The position numbers were made by a program, and so were the translations under genes. A DNA stretch of 29,815 nt, taken from the NCBI GenBank assembly GCA_051382335.1, contig JBBCAX010000375.1:1-29815 (forward strand), in the 5' to 3' direction. This DNA comes from Deltaproteobacteria bacterium TL4. GTDB taxonomy: Bacteria > SAR324 > NAC60-12. Under the pieces are notes generated by a model that ran no database searches, had not been told where the DNA came from, and saw only the letters and a list, made by a program, of their open reading frames with translations. Positions 18,781 through 26,723 of the stretch are shown one piece after another. Every line of letters begins with the position of its first letter. Position 1 is the stretch's first letter.

Positions 18781-19881
18781 TCAAAACGGTTGTTGTGTTA
18801 ATTTTTCTTGTAATAACTTAGGATTCATTCCCTGGTGAATCGGAAAACAAAGCAGATGTCTCCAGTAATGCATGGCGTCGCTATCTTGCGTCACAACAGC
18901 CCTGGGTAAACGAGGCCACGAGTAGACGTCGATCCCTTGAGCGTAACCCCACTGAAACCAGCGCTGACTTTCTTCTACAGAGTGTGTGTACGCGGGAAAG
19001 ACCAAAGGGTTGGCCTCAGGCGATAGTTCTGCAAAAACAGGAGTCAACCCTTTTGAAACACACCACTCTTGCCAAAGCGCATAGATCTCTCGACGAATAG
19101 ACCTGACTTGCTTCAGAGGGTGTCGCGTCAAATACTGATAACTCCACTCATCCATCGCCCAATCGGGCAAGGGCGGCTCATAAAACGAGTCTTGTGAGCT
19201 ATATTCCGGCATGGGCATCAACGGCTTACGGAGCCAGGGCATTTTCTGAACTGACTGCCTTCCCCACGCTTTGACTTGCCTCAATAACGCCAGTTTCAAT
19301 GGCTGCAAGGGAAGTTCAGGACTTTCAAAAGAACAGGAACCATTGAGATATAAATACGCACCATTAAGAAGGGCAAAACTTTTACGAGGAGAAGTAATCC
19401 CTATCTGCCCAAAACACCCCAGTGGCTTTCCCTGATAGAGGCTGCCAAAACCATGAGCGTTATCTTCTATTAGCGCCAAGTGATGCGTGTCACAAAAATG
19501 TTGGGCCGCTACAATATCCTGAGGCTGACCAAAATAATGCACCAATACTAATGCCCTGGTTGAAGAGGAAATGCGCTTTTCCAACTCGCTCCAACAAGGA
19601 CTTAAATCAGAATTCACAGGGTAGTAACAAGGATCTAGGCCTAAGTCCTTCAACGGATACAATAAGGTTTCACAAATCAAATCAGGGAGTAATAACGCCT
19701 CCCCCGCTTTCATCCCCAAGGCTTTCAAGCCATACTTTAACGCTGTTCTTCCATGCGAAAATAAATAAACCCGCTCCTGGTGAATTTTTTTCTGTCGAAA
19801 AAGATAGTGGTAATAAGGCAATGTTGCAAGTCGGGGAAAGCGTTTTTGAAATATTTCGGTCTTGCGGCTATTGCTGGTCAT
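18781..19881 (-). CDS. DegT/DnrJ/EryC1/StrS-like PLP-dependent protein
   Basis: GRTAL, VHYFG, IEDNAH, G..G, SPRK (candidate PLP lysine) and C-terminal FPIHQ motifs. Confidence 0.82.
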   Translation of the reverse strand: MTSNSRKTEIFQKRFPRLATLPYYHYLFRQKKIHQERVYLFSHGRTALKYGLKALGMKAGEALLLPDLICETLLYPLKDLGLDPCYYPVNSDLSPCWSELEKRISSSTRALVLVHYFGQPQDIVAAQHFCDTHHLALIEDNAHGFGSLYQGKPLGCFGQIGITSPRKSFALLNGAYLYLNGSCSFESPELPLQPLKLALLRQVKAWGRQSVQKMPWLRKPLMPMPEYSSQDSFYEPPLPDWAMDEWSYQYLTRHPLKQVRSIRREIYALWQEWCVSKGLTPVFAELSPEANPLVFPAYTHSVEESQRWFQWGYAQGIDVYSWPRLPRAVVTQDSDAMHYWRHLLCFPIHQGMNPKLLQEKLTQQPF

Positions 19882-19928
19882 CTTAATGGTTCTTGTTATT
19901 GATGGTATGTTTTAATAAAAACGTGAGG

Positions 19929-20765
19929 TCATTTTTTTTGAGTATGAAAAGAGCGCTGCCTGGCAATAGATGAAAAATAGGGAGTATAACTCGATAAGAA
20001 GGAGTCCAGCTTTGCCAGCCACGAATTGCTTTTTCCTGACCGCATGTGAAGATCAGGATGAAACAAAACTTCGGTGTATCTCTGATTCACTGTGTTTTGA
20101 AACACTTTCCTTATCATTTGCCTTTGTTCCTCAGAGGCTCTGGCCAAGTAGTAATTATCAGTGATCCCTTTTTCAAGATACTTTTTGCCAAAGAGCTTAT
20201 AAATCCACTTAAACCAGAGTTGGTTGTTCCTTGAATAATTGGCAAACTGGCCTCCCGTTTTCAGAACACGGTGGGCTTCTTGAATCGCCTTTTCAAAATT
20301 CGGAATATGCTGCAAGGTGATTGCAGACCAATAGCCGGCAAAACTATTCGGAGGAAAAGGAAGCTGGAGCGCGTCACCATGGATCAAAAAGACCTGTTGG
20401 TTGACCTGATCTTTAAGCAGTTTGACCGCATTGATTAAATTTGCCCTTACAAAATCAACAATGCAAACCTTCACATCCGGACGTTGACTCGCCAAGTTTC
20501 GCCAATGCCAGCCCCAGCCTCCACCTACGTCCACAATAATACCGTTAGGCGGAATCTGTTCCAAAAATAACCGTACCTCTTTATCCATAACCGGAATAGA
20601 ATGATGCTGTGCGATCATGCTCAGATAATCCTCATATTCTTGATCCGCAACCTGCTCCCGTAGCTTCATTTCTTCTTGTTGATCGGTGTTCAGGAAATTT
20701 GAGGAATAAATATGGTCCGCTTGTAGTTTAACTTGCTTCAGGATGGAGTTGATTAAGGTTTCCAT
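19929..20765 (-). CDS. Class I SAM-dependent methyltransferase
   Basis: VDVGGGWG, GDALQLPF..NSF and LQHI...EA.RVLK.GG motifs. Confidence 0.88.
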   Translation of the reverse strand: METLINSILKQVKLQADHIYSSNFLNTDQQEEMKLREQVADQEYEDYLSMIAQHHSIPVMDKEVRLFLEQIPPNGIIVDVGGGWGWHWRNLASQRPDVKVCIVDFVRANLINAVKLLKDQVNQQVFLIHGDALQLPFPPNSFAGYWSAITLQHIPNFEKAIQEAHRVLKTGGQFANYSRNNQLWFKWIYKLFGKKYLEKGITDNYYLARASEEQRQMIRKVFQNTVNQRYTEVLFHPDLHMRSGKSNSWLAKLDSFLSSYTPYFSSIARQRSFHTQKK

Positions 20766-20773
20766 GAATGTCC

Positions 20774-21673
20774 CTAATTCGTAACGATCTTTTGCGTGAT
20801 ATATTTGAGTGCTTCAACAGGGTCGAGAAAAAGACTCTGAATCAAATGCTGAACGCCCGCGGCAAAATTTTTATCTTTCAGGTTTTGTATCCCCTGGATG
20901 CGTTTTGCCTTGGAAAGTAACTGCTTAAACAGCTTTTGCTTATTCTTTTCAAAACTCTGAACGTGAAACACGTGATGCTCATAAAGATTTTTTAAGCTGG
21001 CGAAATAAAGATTCCCATTAGAAATCAGATTACCCCCATTGACAATGTATTTCCCTAAAACCTCGTCAACGACACAAACCTGAGCTTTGAGTACCGCAAA
21101 CTGAAGCCACAAATCATAGTCTTCCACTGTGGCAAAACCAGGGTCTTCATTAAACTTCAACGTCTGTTGAGTGATCAATGATTTTTTGAATACGATGGCG
21201 GACGGGGACAAAAAATTGCCTTCTATTAATAGGCTTTGATATAAATCCTCATATTCCCGGGAGTGCTTCAGAACTTCTTGTTTTCCGGTTTGTTCATCAC
21301 TCATTAATTCATGATGAATAAAGACCGCTCCTTGAGGATTTTGCTGAATCGCACTATGGACTTTCTCAAGTTTATGCGGAAACCACCAGTCGTCAGAGTC
21401 CAGCAACGCAATCCATTTCCCTTTTGCTTTGGTCATTCCGACATTCCGTGGATTTGCAGGACTTCCACTTCCCTCTTGCCAAAAATATCTGATTTTATCA
21501 CTTCCCTGCTGAGCAATCACTTCCCTGGAATTATCGGTCGAACCATTATCAATAAGCACCACTTCAAAATCATCAAAGGTCTGAGCTAAAACACATTTCA
21601 GCGTTTGAGGCAGAATTTTGGCCCGATTATAAGTGGGAATAACAACAGAAAAAAATGGAGATTCTGAAGACAT
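20774..21673 (-). CDS. GT2 glycosyltransferase
   Basis: SVVIPTYNR, DNGSTD, RN.G, LDSDD.W and EDYDLW motifs. ATG 21673 has an AGGA RBS; the longer N-terminus in the ORF track is repeat-derived. Confidence 0.92.
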   Translation of the reverse strand: MSSESPFFSVVIPTYNRAKILPQTLKCVLAQTFDDFEVVLIDNGSTDNSREVIAQQGSDKIRYFWQEGSGSPANPRNVGMTKAKGKWIALLDSDDWWFPHKLEKVHSAIQQNPQGAVFIHHELMSDEQTGKQEVLKHSREYEDLYQSLLIEGNFLSPSAIVFKKSLITQQTLKFNEDPGFATVEDYDLWLQFAVLKAQVCVVDEVLGKYIVNGGNLISNGNLYFASLKNLYEHHVFHVQSFEKNKQKLFKQLLSKAKRIQGIQNLKDKNFAAGVQHLIQSLFLDPVEALKYITQKIVTN

Positions 21674-21686
21674 GAAGTCCTTTTTG

Positions 21687-21737
21687 AGTCCGCTAAAAAC
21701 GCTAAAAAACACGAAAAAATATTTTTAGCGTTTTTTA
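21687..21737. repeat. Left repeat block of GxxExxY unit (palindrome arm + 21-bp direct repeat)
   Basis: AGTCCGCTAAAAACGCTAAAAAACACGAAAAAAT (21687-21720) overlaps AAATATTTTTAGCGTTTTTTA (21717-21737). Confidence 0.85.
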
Positions 21738-22120
21738 TTATTAGTTAATGCCATCCGCTTGTATTCCAATTGGGGATAATGGCCAAAGTTAATGAGAAGT
21801 CCTAATTGGGTGTTCGTGGCATGTAAATAGTTTAGAACCTGTGCCTGATGATCTTGTGACAAGTTTGTTAGTGCTTTGATTTCAACAATAATATTTTTAT
21901 AACAGATAAAATCGGGTTTATATGTTTGTTTTAATACGTTGCCTCGATAAAACAATTGAATTTCTTTCTGTGAAAGATAGGGAATGTTTTGAAAATCAAA
22001 TTCTATTTCCAGACATTCTTGATAGACTGCTTCTAAAAACCCAGGACCCTTATCTTTATAAACCTCAAAACACGCCCCAATGATAGCATAACTTTCTGTA
22101 GGATAAAGGATATCACCCAA
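21725..22120 (-). CDS. GxxExxY protein (PD-(D/E)XK nuclease superfamily)
   Basis: IIGACFEV, GPGFLEAVYQECL, Y.PD, IVEIKA, H.AQ.LNYL and GLLINFG motifs. TTG start with AAGGGG RBS. Confidence 0.95.
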   Translation of the reverse strand: MGDILYPTESYAIIGACFEVYKDKGPGFLEAVYQECLEIEFDFQNIPYLSQKEIQLFYRGNVLKQTYKPDFICYKNIIVEIKALTNLSQDHQAQVLNYLHATNTQLGLLINFGHYPQLEYKRMALTNNKKR

Positions 22121-22136
22121 GAGTCCCCTTTTTTAT

Positions 22137-22173
22137 AAATATTTTTAGCGTTTTTTAGCGTTTTTAGCGGACT
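22137..22173. repeat. Right repeat block of GxxExxY unit
   Basis: AAATATTTTTAGCGTTTTTTAGCGTTTTTAGCGGACT. The first 21 bp equal 21717-21737, and 22141-22173 is the near-perfect reverse complement of 21687-21720. Confidence 0.85.
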
Positions 22174-22182
22174 TTAAAAAAA

Positions 22183-22947
22183 TTACCAAACTTTCCACGG
22201 CGGAGCGGTTTCCCACAGATGATTCAAATGCTTCATATCCCTTAAAGTGTCCATGCATTGCCAAAAGCCTTCATGAGCAAACGCCGATAATTTCCCTTGT
22301 TTTGCACAGGCCTCCAAGGGTTCTTTTTCCAAAATGGTTTGATCATTTTCGATCAAATCCAAAAGTTGAGGTTCAACCACCATGAATCCGCCGTTAATCC
22401 AGCTATGGGACAGTTTTGGCTTTTCTCTGAACAAGCTGACACGATTATTTTCAATTTCCAATTCACCATAACGGGCAGGAGGATGGATCGCGGTCACAGT
22501 TACGAGGCTTTCTTGTGTTTTATGAAACTCAACCAGATCCTGTATGTTCACATCACAAACACCATCGCCATAAGTCAGCATAAAGGGTTCATTTTTGAGG
22601 TAAGGTGCCAAACGCTTAACACGTCCTCCTGTCAAAGAATCATCCCCTGTATCCACTAAGGTCACTTTCCAATTCTTGGACTGCCCACCATGAAAACGGA
22701 CTTTGCCATTAGCGAGATCAATCGTAAAGTCGGAGTCCAACGCATGATAGTTGAGGAAATAATCCTTGATCACATCGCCTTTATAGCCCAAGGCGACGAC
22801 AAATTCATGGTAACCATAATGAGCATAGATATTCATGATGTGCCAAATCATCGGATGCCCTCCAATTTCCACCATGGGCTTAGGCTTGATGTCGGTATAC
22901 TCCGCAAGCCGTGTTCCAAAGCCACCTGCTAAAATCACAACCTTCAT
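22183..22947 (-). CDS. rfbF: Glucose-1-phosphate cytidylyltransferase
   Basis: ILAGGFGTRL.E.T..KPKPMVEIGG.P..WHIM, DTG...TGGR, LTYGDG, WINGGF and GFWQCMDTLRD motifs. Confidence 0.96.
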   Translation of the reverse strand: MKVVILAGGFGTRLAEYTDIKPKPMVEIGGHPMIWHIMNIYAHYGYHEFVVALGYKGDVIKDYFLNYHALDSDFTIDLANGKVRFHGGQSKNWKVTLVDTGDDSLTGGRVKRLAPYLKNEPFMLTYGDGVCDVNIQDLVEFHKTQESLVTVTAIHPPARYGELEIENNRVSLFREKPKLSHSWINGGFMVVEPQLLDLIENDQTILEKEPLEACAKQGKLSAFAHEGFWQCMDTLRDMKHLNHLWETAPPWKVW

Positions 22948-22954
22948 AGTACCC

Positions 22955-23923
22955 TCATAAATTGACATTATTTATAAAATCGAAAACTTCAAAAATACCT
23001 TCTTTTAAATCACTTTCAGGCTTGTAACCTATCGCTTTCAGTCGTTCAATGTCATACTGAAAACGTTTGATATTCTGATGCGAATCCGCATTTTCGGAAA
23101 CAATGTTTCCAGGCAGAATCACAGGAATTTGCTGCTGAAATTTTGCCTGGTAGCATTGTGCGACAATATGCGCGAGTTCCAGCATCGTATAAGTTTTTCC
23201 TCCGCCCAGATTAAAAGTAGGGTGCTCCAAAACGGCATCCGGAGCCTGTATTACAAGTTCTAACGCCTGGCACAGATCCTTGATAGGAACAAAATCCCGC
23301 TGAGGCGTTCCATCAGACAACAGTTGAATTTTTTTTTGTTCTATCGCCGTTTTACAAAAATCGTTGATGACGAGCCACCAACAATCACAATGGGGAAACA
23401 GAGGCGCGCCAAAACCATTTGATAAACGCAGGTTGACATACTTTGTCGGGGTTCGTGTACTCAATAACTGAGCAACGTTTTCGCACATTAAATGGGTAAG
23501 ACCATAATTATTAACAGGCTTGGTTGGATGAGATTCCCTGATATTTTCTGAAGCTAACTTTCCATAGACTTGTTGAGTTGAAAAATAAACAAAGCGTTTT
23601 AGCCCTTTTGACGCCAAGCCTTCAGCAATCTTCCACATCGCGGATACATTCGTCGCAAGAGTCCGCTCAACATCAACCTCGGATTGTTTATGATTCAAGG
23701 AGATGGTATAAATCACAGCGTCTAAGGGCGTGTCAAAAATAAGCTGTAAGGTTTGCGCAGCCAGAACATCTCCAATAATCAATTGGTTCATTTGTTTTTG
23801 CCAGGCCTCGCTGTTTGTCGGAAGTTGTCGATCCAAGGCCATAACCTCATGCCCTTTTTGTGCTAAATGACTGGCAACACGACCACCTAAATATCCTGAT
23901 GCACCTGCGACTAATATGCGCAA
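22955..23923 (-). CDS. NAD-dependent epimerase/dehydratase (sugar-nucleotide reductase-like), YxxxH variant
   Basis: GASGYLG, FST..VYG, NYGLTH, LRLSN.FG and G...RDF motifs. Confidence 0.88.
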   Translation of the reverse strand: MRILVAGASGYLGGRVASHLAQKGHEVMALDRQLPTNSEAWQKQMNQLIIGDVLAAQTLQLIFDTPLDAVIYTISLNHKQSEVDVERTLATNVSAMWKIAEGLASKGLKRFVYFSTQQVYGKLASENIRESHPTKPVNNYGLTHLMCENVAQLLSTRTPTKYVNLRLSNGFGAPLFPHCDCWWLVINDFCKTAIEQKKIQLLSDGTPQRDFVPIKDLCQALELVIQAPDAVLEHPTFNLGGGKTYTMLELAHIVAQCYQAKFQQQIPVILPGNIVSENADSHQNIKRFQYDIERLKAIGYKPESDLKEGIFEVFDFINNVNL

Positions 23924-24007
23924 AACGTCTCCTCCCTTGAAGGGTTAAAACTTTTTATACTTTTGACGGGTTAGAATTTTATTTTCCGGATTAGTGCCTA
24001 CTTTCTG

Positions 24008-24088
24008 TTTGTGGTAGGCGGGGATTACATGCCCCACCCTATTTTAGCATTCTCAGGGGTCGGGCCTGTAATCCCGACCTACCACAAA
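24008..24088. repeat. GTAG-type REP doublet (REPIN-like), copy 2
   Basis: TTTGTGGTAGGCGGGGATTACATGCCCCACCC ... GGGTCGGGCCTGTAATCCCGACCTACCACAAA forms a long hairpin of the same family as 980-1052. Confidence 0.8.
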
Positions 24089-24152
24089 ATTAAAGATTTA
24101 ATCCAACGCAAGTATAGTACCTTTTATGTGTTTCGTGGACTTAAGCCATTCA

Positions 24153-24599
24153 TTACCAGGAATATTTAATAGCCTGTTCATCACAGCGGTCCACCTCGTC
24201 AGGATCATGGAGGATATTGGCGATATTTAAAAGTAAATTGGTGTCCCCCGCGCCAACGCCTTGAAACCCCATCCACACCCTAGGAGGCACCGTTAATCTT
24301 TGATAATTTTTGAGTGAAAGGGTTACCTCGTAAAAATGTTTTTGCGGCAGAGAATCAAGACGGTCATCATAAATCACAAACTTTATCGCACCGACAGGCA
24401 CCACCAAGTTTAACGTCATGTTTCGATGACGCTTCCACGCCTTGACATATCCCTGCCTGACATTAGAAAAATAGGCCTCGCCAAACCCTGCATACCCGCT
24501 ATCGGTGTTTTTCATTCCATGCCATACATCACCACTTTCCAAAGGCATGATTTTCAGGGGGGTTAGACAGACGCCAGGAGGTATTAACTTTGGGTCCAT
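24153..24599 (-). CDS. RmlC-like cupin sugar epimerase (NDP-4-keto-6-deoxyhexose epimerase family)
   Basis: GDV.H, GFGEAYFS, KAWK.H..M.LNL.VPVG, D.R..S and RLTVPP.VW.GFQG motifs. Confidence 0.88.
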   Translation of the reverse strand: MDPKLIPPGVCLTPLKIMPLESGDVWHGMKNTDSGYAGFGEAYFSNVRQGYVKAWKRHRNMTLNLVVPVGAIKFVIYDDRLDSLPQKHFYEVTLSLKNYQRLTVPPRVWMGFQGVGAGDTNLLLNIANILHDPDEVDRCDEQAIKYSW

Positions 24600-25702
24600 G
24601 CGATTCCTTTTTGTTCAGCAATTTCGAGATACTCTCCAAGTTGCTTCTTGGAAGTACGAAACATATTTTTACCAGAATGCTTGTAAAACTTACGATACCA
24701 GTCAATCGTCAAACGAACTGTTTCTTCAAAATTCAGCACAGGGACCCAGTTGAGCTGCTGCAGCGCTTTGTCGCAACATAACTTGAGCAACCCGGCTTCA
24801 TGAACCTTTGTTCCTGTTTCGGAAACATCCTTCCACCGAACATTTCGCCAATGCTTTTCCATCTGTTCTATTAAGGCTTTAACCGATTGATTCTGGTTTG
24901 CCGGGGGACCAAAATTATAAGGTTCTCCATTCAAACCAGGGTTTTTGCGTAAGGCTTCCCCTAAGCTTAAATAGCCACTTAACGGTTCCAATACATGTTG
25001 CCAAGGTCGTGTAGAGTGAGGATTACGAATTTCAACAGTTCCGCCTTTAGACCAGGCCCGTACACAATCAGGAATAATCCGATCAACGGCCCAATCGCCT
25101 CCACCAATGACATTGCCTGCCCGGCCTATCGCCATCTTGACAGGACTTCCTTTGTCCGCGAAATAGGAATGCGCATAAGATTTCAAAACTAATTCAGCCG
25201 CTCCTTTCGACGCACTGTAAGGATCCTTTCCCCCTAAGGCATCGGTCTCGCGGTATCCCCACAGCCACTCCACATTATCATAACATTTATCACTCGTAAT
25301 CATGATCGCAGTGCAAGGACTTCCAACCACACGCAACGCTTCCAAAAGATGCGCTGTTCCCAAAACATTGGTATTGAAGGTGGTTAAGGGTTCTTTATAG
25401 GAACGTCGAACCAGAGGCTGCGCCGCAAGATGAAACACGAAATCAGGACGAACCTTTTGAATAACTCGCAACACCTCGCTAGCGTTACGAATATCAACTT
25501 CGAAGTACTGAATCATTGCTTGAAGCTGTGCCGTTTTAAAGTGGGAAGGGATGGTCGGCACTTCATTCGAAACCCCATAAACCTTTGCCCCGAGCTCTAG
25601 CAACCAAACGGTCAGCCACGAGCCTTTAAACCCCGTATTGCCTGTAACGAGGACTTTTTTATTATTGTAAATTCCATTAAACAAGTTCATCGACTCGACC
25701 AT
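24584..25702 (-). CDS. rfbG: CDP-glucose 4,6-dehydratase
   Basis: TG.TGFKGSWL, HLAAQPLVR.SY, TSDKCY, GG.DPYSASK, RAGNVIGGGDW and RPWQHVLEPLSGYL motifs. Confidence 0.96.
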   Translation of the reverse strand: MVESMNLFNGIYNNKKVLVTGNTGFKGSWLTVWLLELGAKVYGVSNEVPTIPSHFKTAQLQAMIQYFEVDIRNASEVLRVIQKVRPDFVFHLAAQPLVRRSYKEPLTTFNTNVLGTAHLLEALRVVGSPCTAIMITSDKCYDNVEWLWGYRETDALGGKDPYSASKGAAELVLKSYAHSYFADKGSPVKMAIGRAGNVIGGGDWAVDRIIPDCVRAWSKGGTVEIRNPHSTRPWQHVLEPLSGYLSLGEALRKNPGLNGEPYNFGPPANQNQSVKALIEQMEKHWRNVRWKDVSETGTKVHEAGLLKLCCDKALQQLNWVPVLNFEETVRLTIDWYRKFYKHSGKNMFRTSKKQLGEYLEIAEQKGIAWTQS

Positions 25703-25704
25703 AA

Positions 25705-26619
25705 TTAACTGTTATCCACAACTAAATATCCCTGAAGATGGTGCAACTCCGGGTGCAGTTCCTTGTGAATATTTTCAACCATCCTTAAAATCCCTTGTCC
25801 TAAATCGGTATGAAGCACAGGTGCCAGCTTTTTACCAATTTTAGGGCTAAAGGAGTAAGGGGTGACTTCATAATGAAAACTCTGAGGATTCCTGTTAAAT
25901 TCAAACTCCAGAGGTTTTCCTATAATTTCGGCGATCATTCTGAAGAGATCGCCAACTCGCATGGGCTGATGTCCTGTTAAGACAATATGCTGATTGATAT
26001 AGGCGGGGGACAAAATTTCAACACTACACAGAGCGGCATCCTCAATATGGATGTATTCCCTCAAGGCGTTTGGACTTCCATAGTATGAGATTTTTCCTGT
26101 CTGCTGTGCTTCTTTGATAAAACGATAAATCCCGTTCGTTTCTCCGGCTCGTGGTCCATACAAGGAACCATAACGCAAAACGGTGTACTCTAGACCGCAG
26201 GTATCCGAATAATTTTCAATATAGGATTCACAGGCCTGCTTGCTACAGCGATAAAAGCCACCAGCCTTGCTGTATACGTAAATCGAACTGGCAAACACAT
26301 ACCGTTTCGTCTGATACTTAACACAGGCGTCTAAAATAATCGCGTTTCCCAGAACATTATATCGGACCGTATCAACAGCTCGTTCATTAGCCTCGCCAAT
26401 GTCCGCGATGCCCGCGAAATTGAAGACAAAATCAGCACCTTCAACCGCTTTGGCAACATCGGCTTCCTCAATAATATTGCCAAGAATCATCTTTTGATCT
26501 GCGCGTAACCATGGAGATGGACGAAGATCAAAAATAGTAACGTCATACCCGCTTTCACTGAGTTTGTCACAAACATGTGATCCTAAAAATCCTGAACCTC
26601 CAAAGACGGTTGTTTTCAT
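25705..26619 (-). CDS. NAD-dependent epimerase/dehydratase
   Basis: GGSGFLG, ASS.YVY, FYRCSK, LRYGSLYGP and REYIHIED motifs. Confidence 0.9.
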   Translation of the reverse strand: MKTTVFGGSGFLGSHVCDKLSESGYDVTIFDLRPSPWLRADQKMILGNIIEEADVAKAVEGADFVFNFAGIADIGEANERAVDTVRYNVLGNAIILDACVKYQTKRYVFASSIYVYSKAGGFYRCSKQACESYIENYSDTCGLEYTVLRYGSLYGPRAGETNGIYRFIKEAQQTGKISYYGSPNALREYIHIEDAALCSVEILSPAYINQHIVLTGHQPMRVGDLFRMIAEIIGKPLEFEFNRNPQSFHYEVTPYSFSPKIGKKLAPVLHTDLGQGILRMVENIHKELHPELHHLQGYLVVDNS

Positions 26620-26723
26620 TCCTTCCCTTCTATCACCAATTCATACGTTCCAATCCACTTAAAGGATCATCAACATAAAACATCAAAGTTAAAAAGAAAT
26701 GCAAAATTTTGCCCACTTTTCTG

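Noticed and set aside
21687..22173. CRISPR interpretation of the CGCTAAAAA repeats
   Set aside because: No regularly spaced repeat-spacer units and no cas genes.
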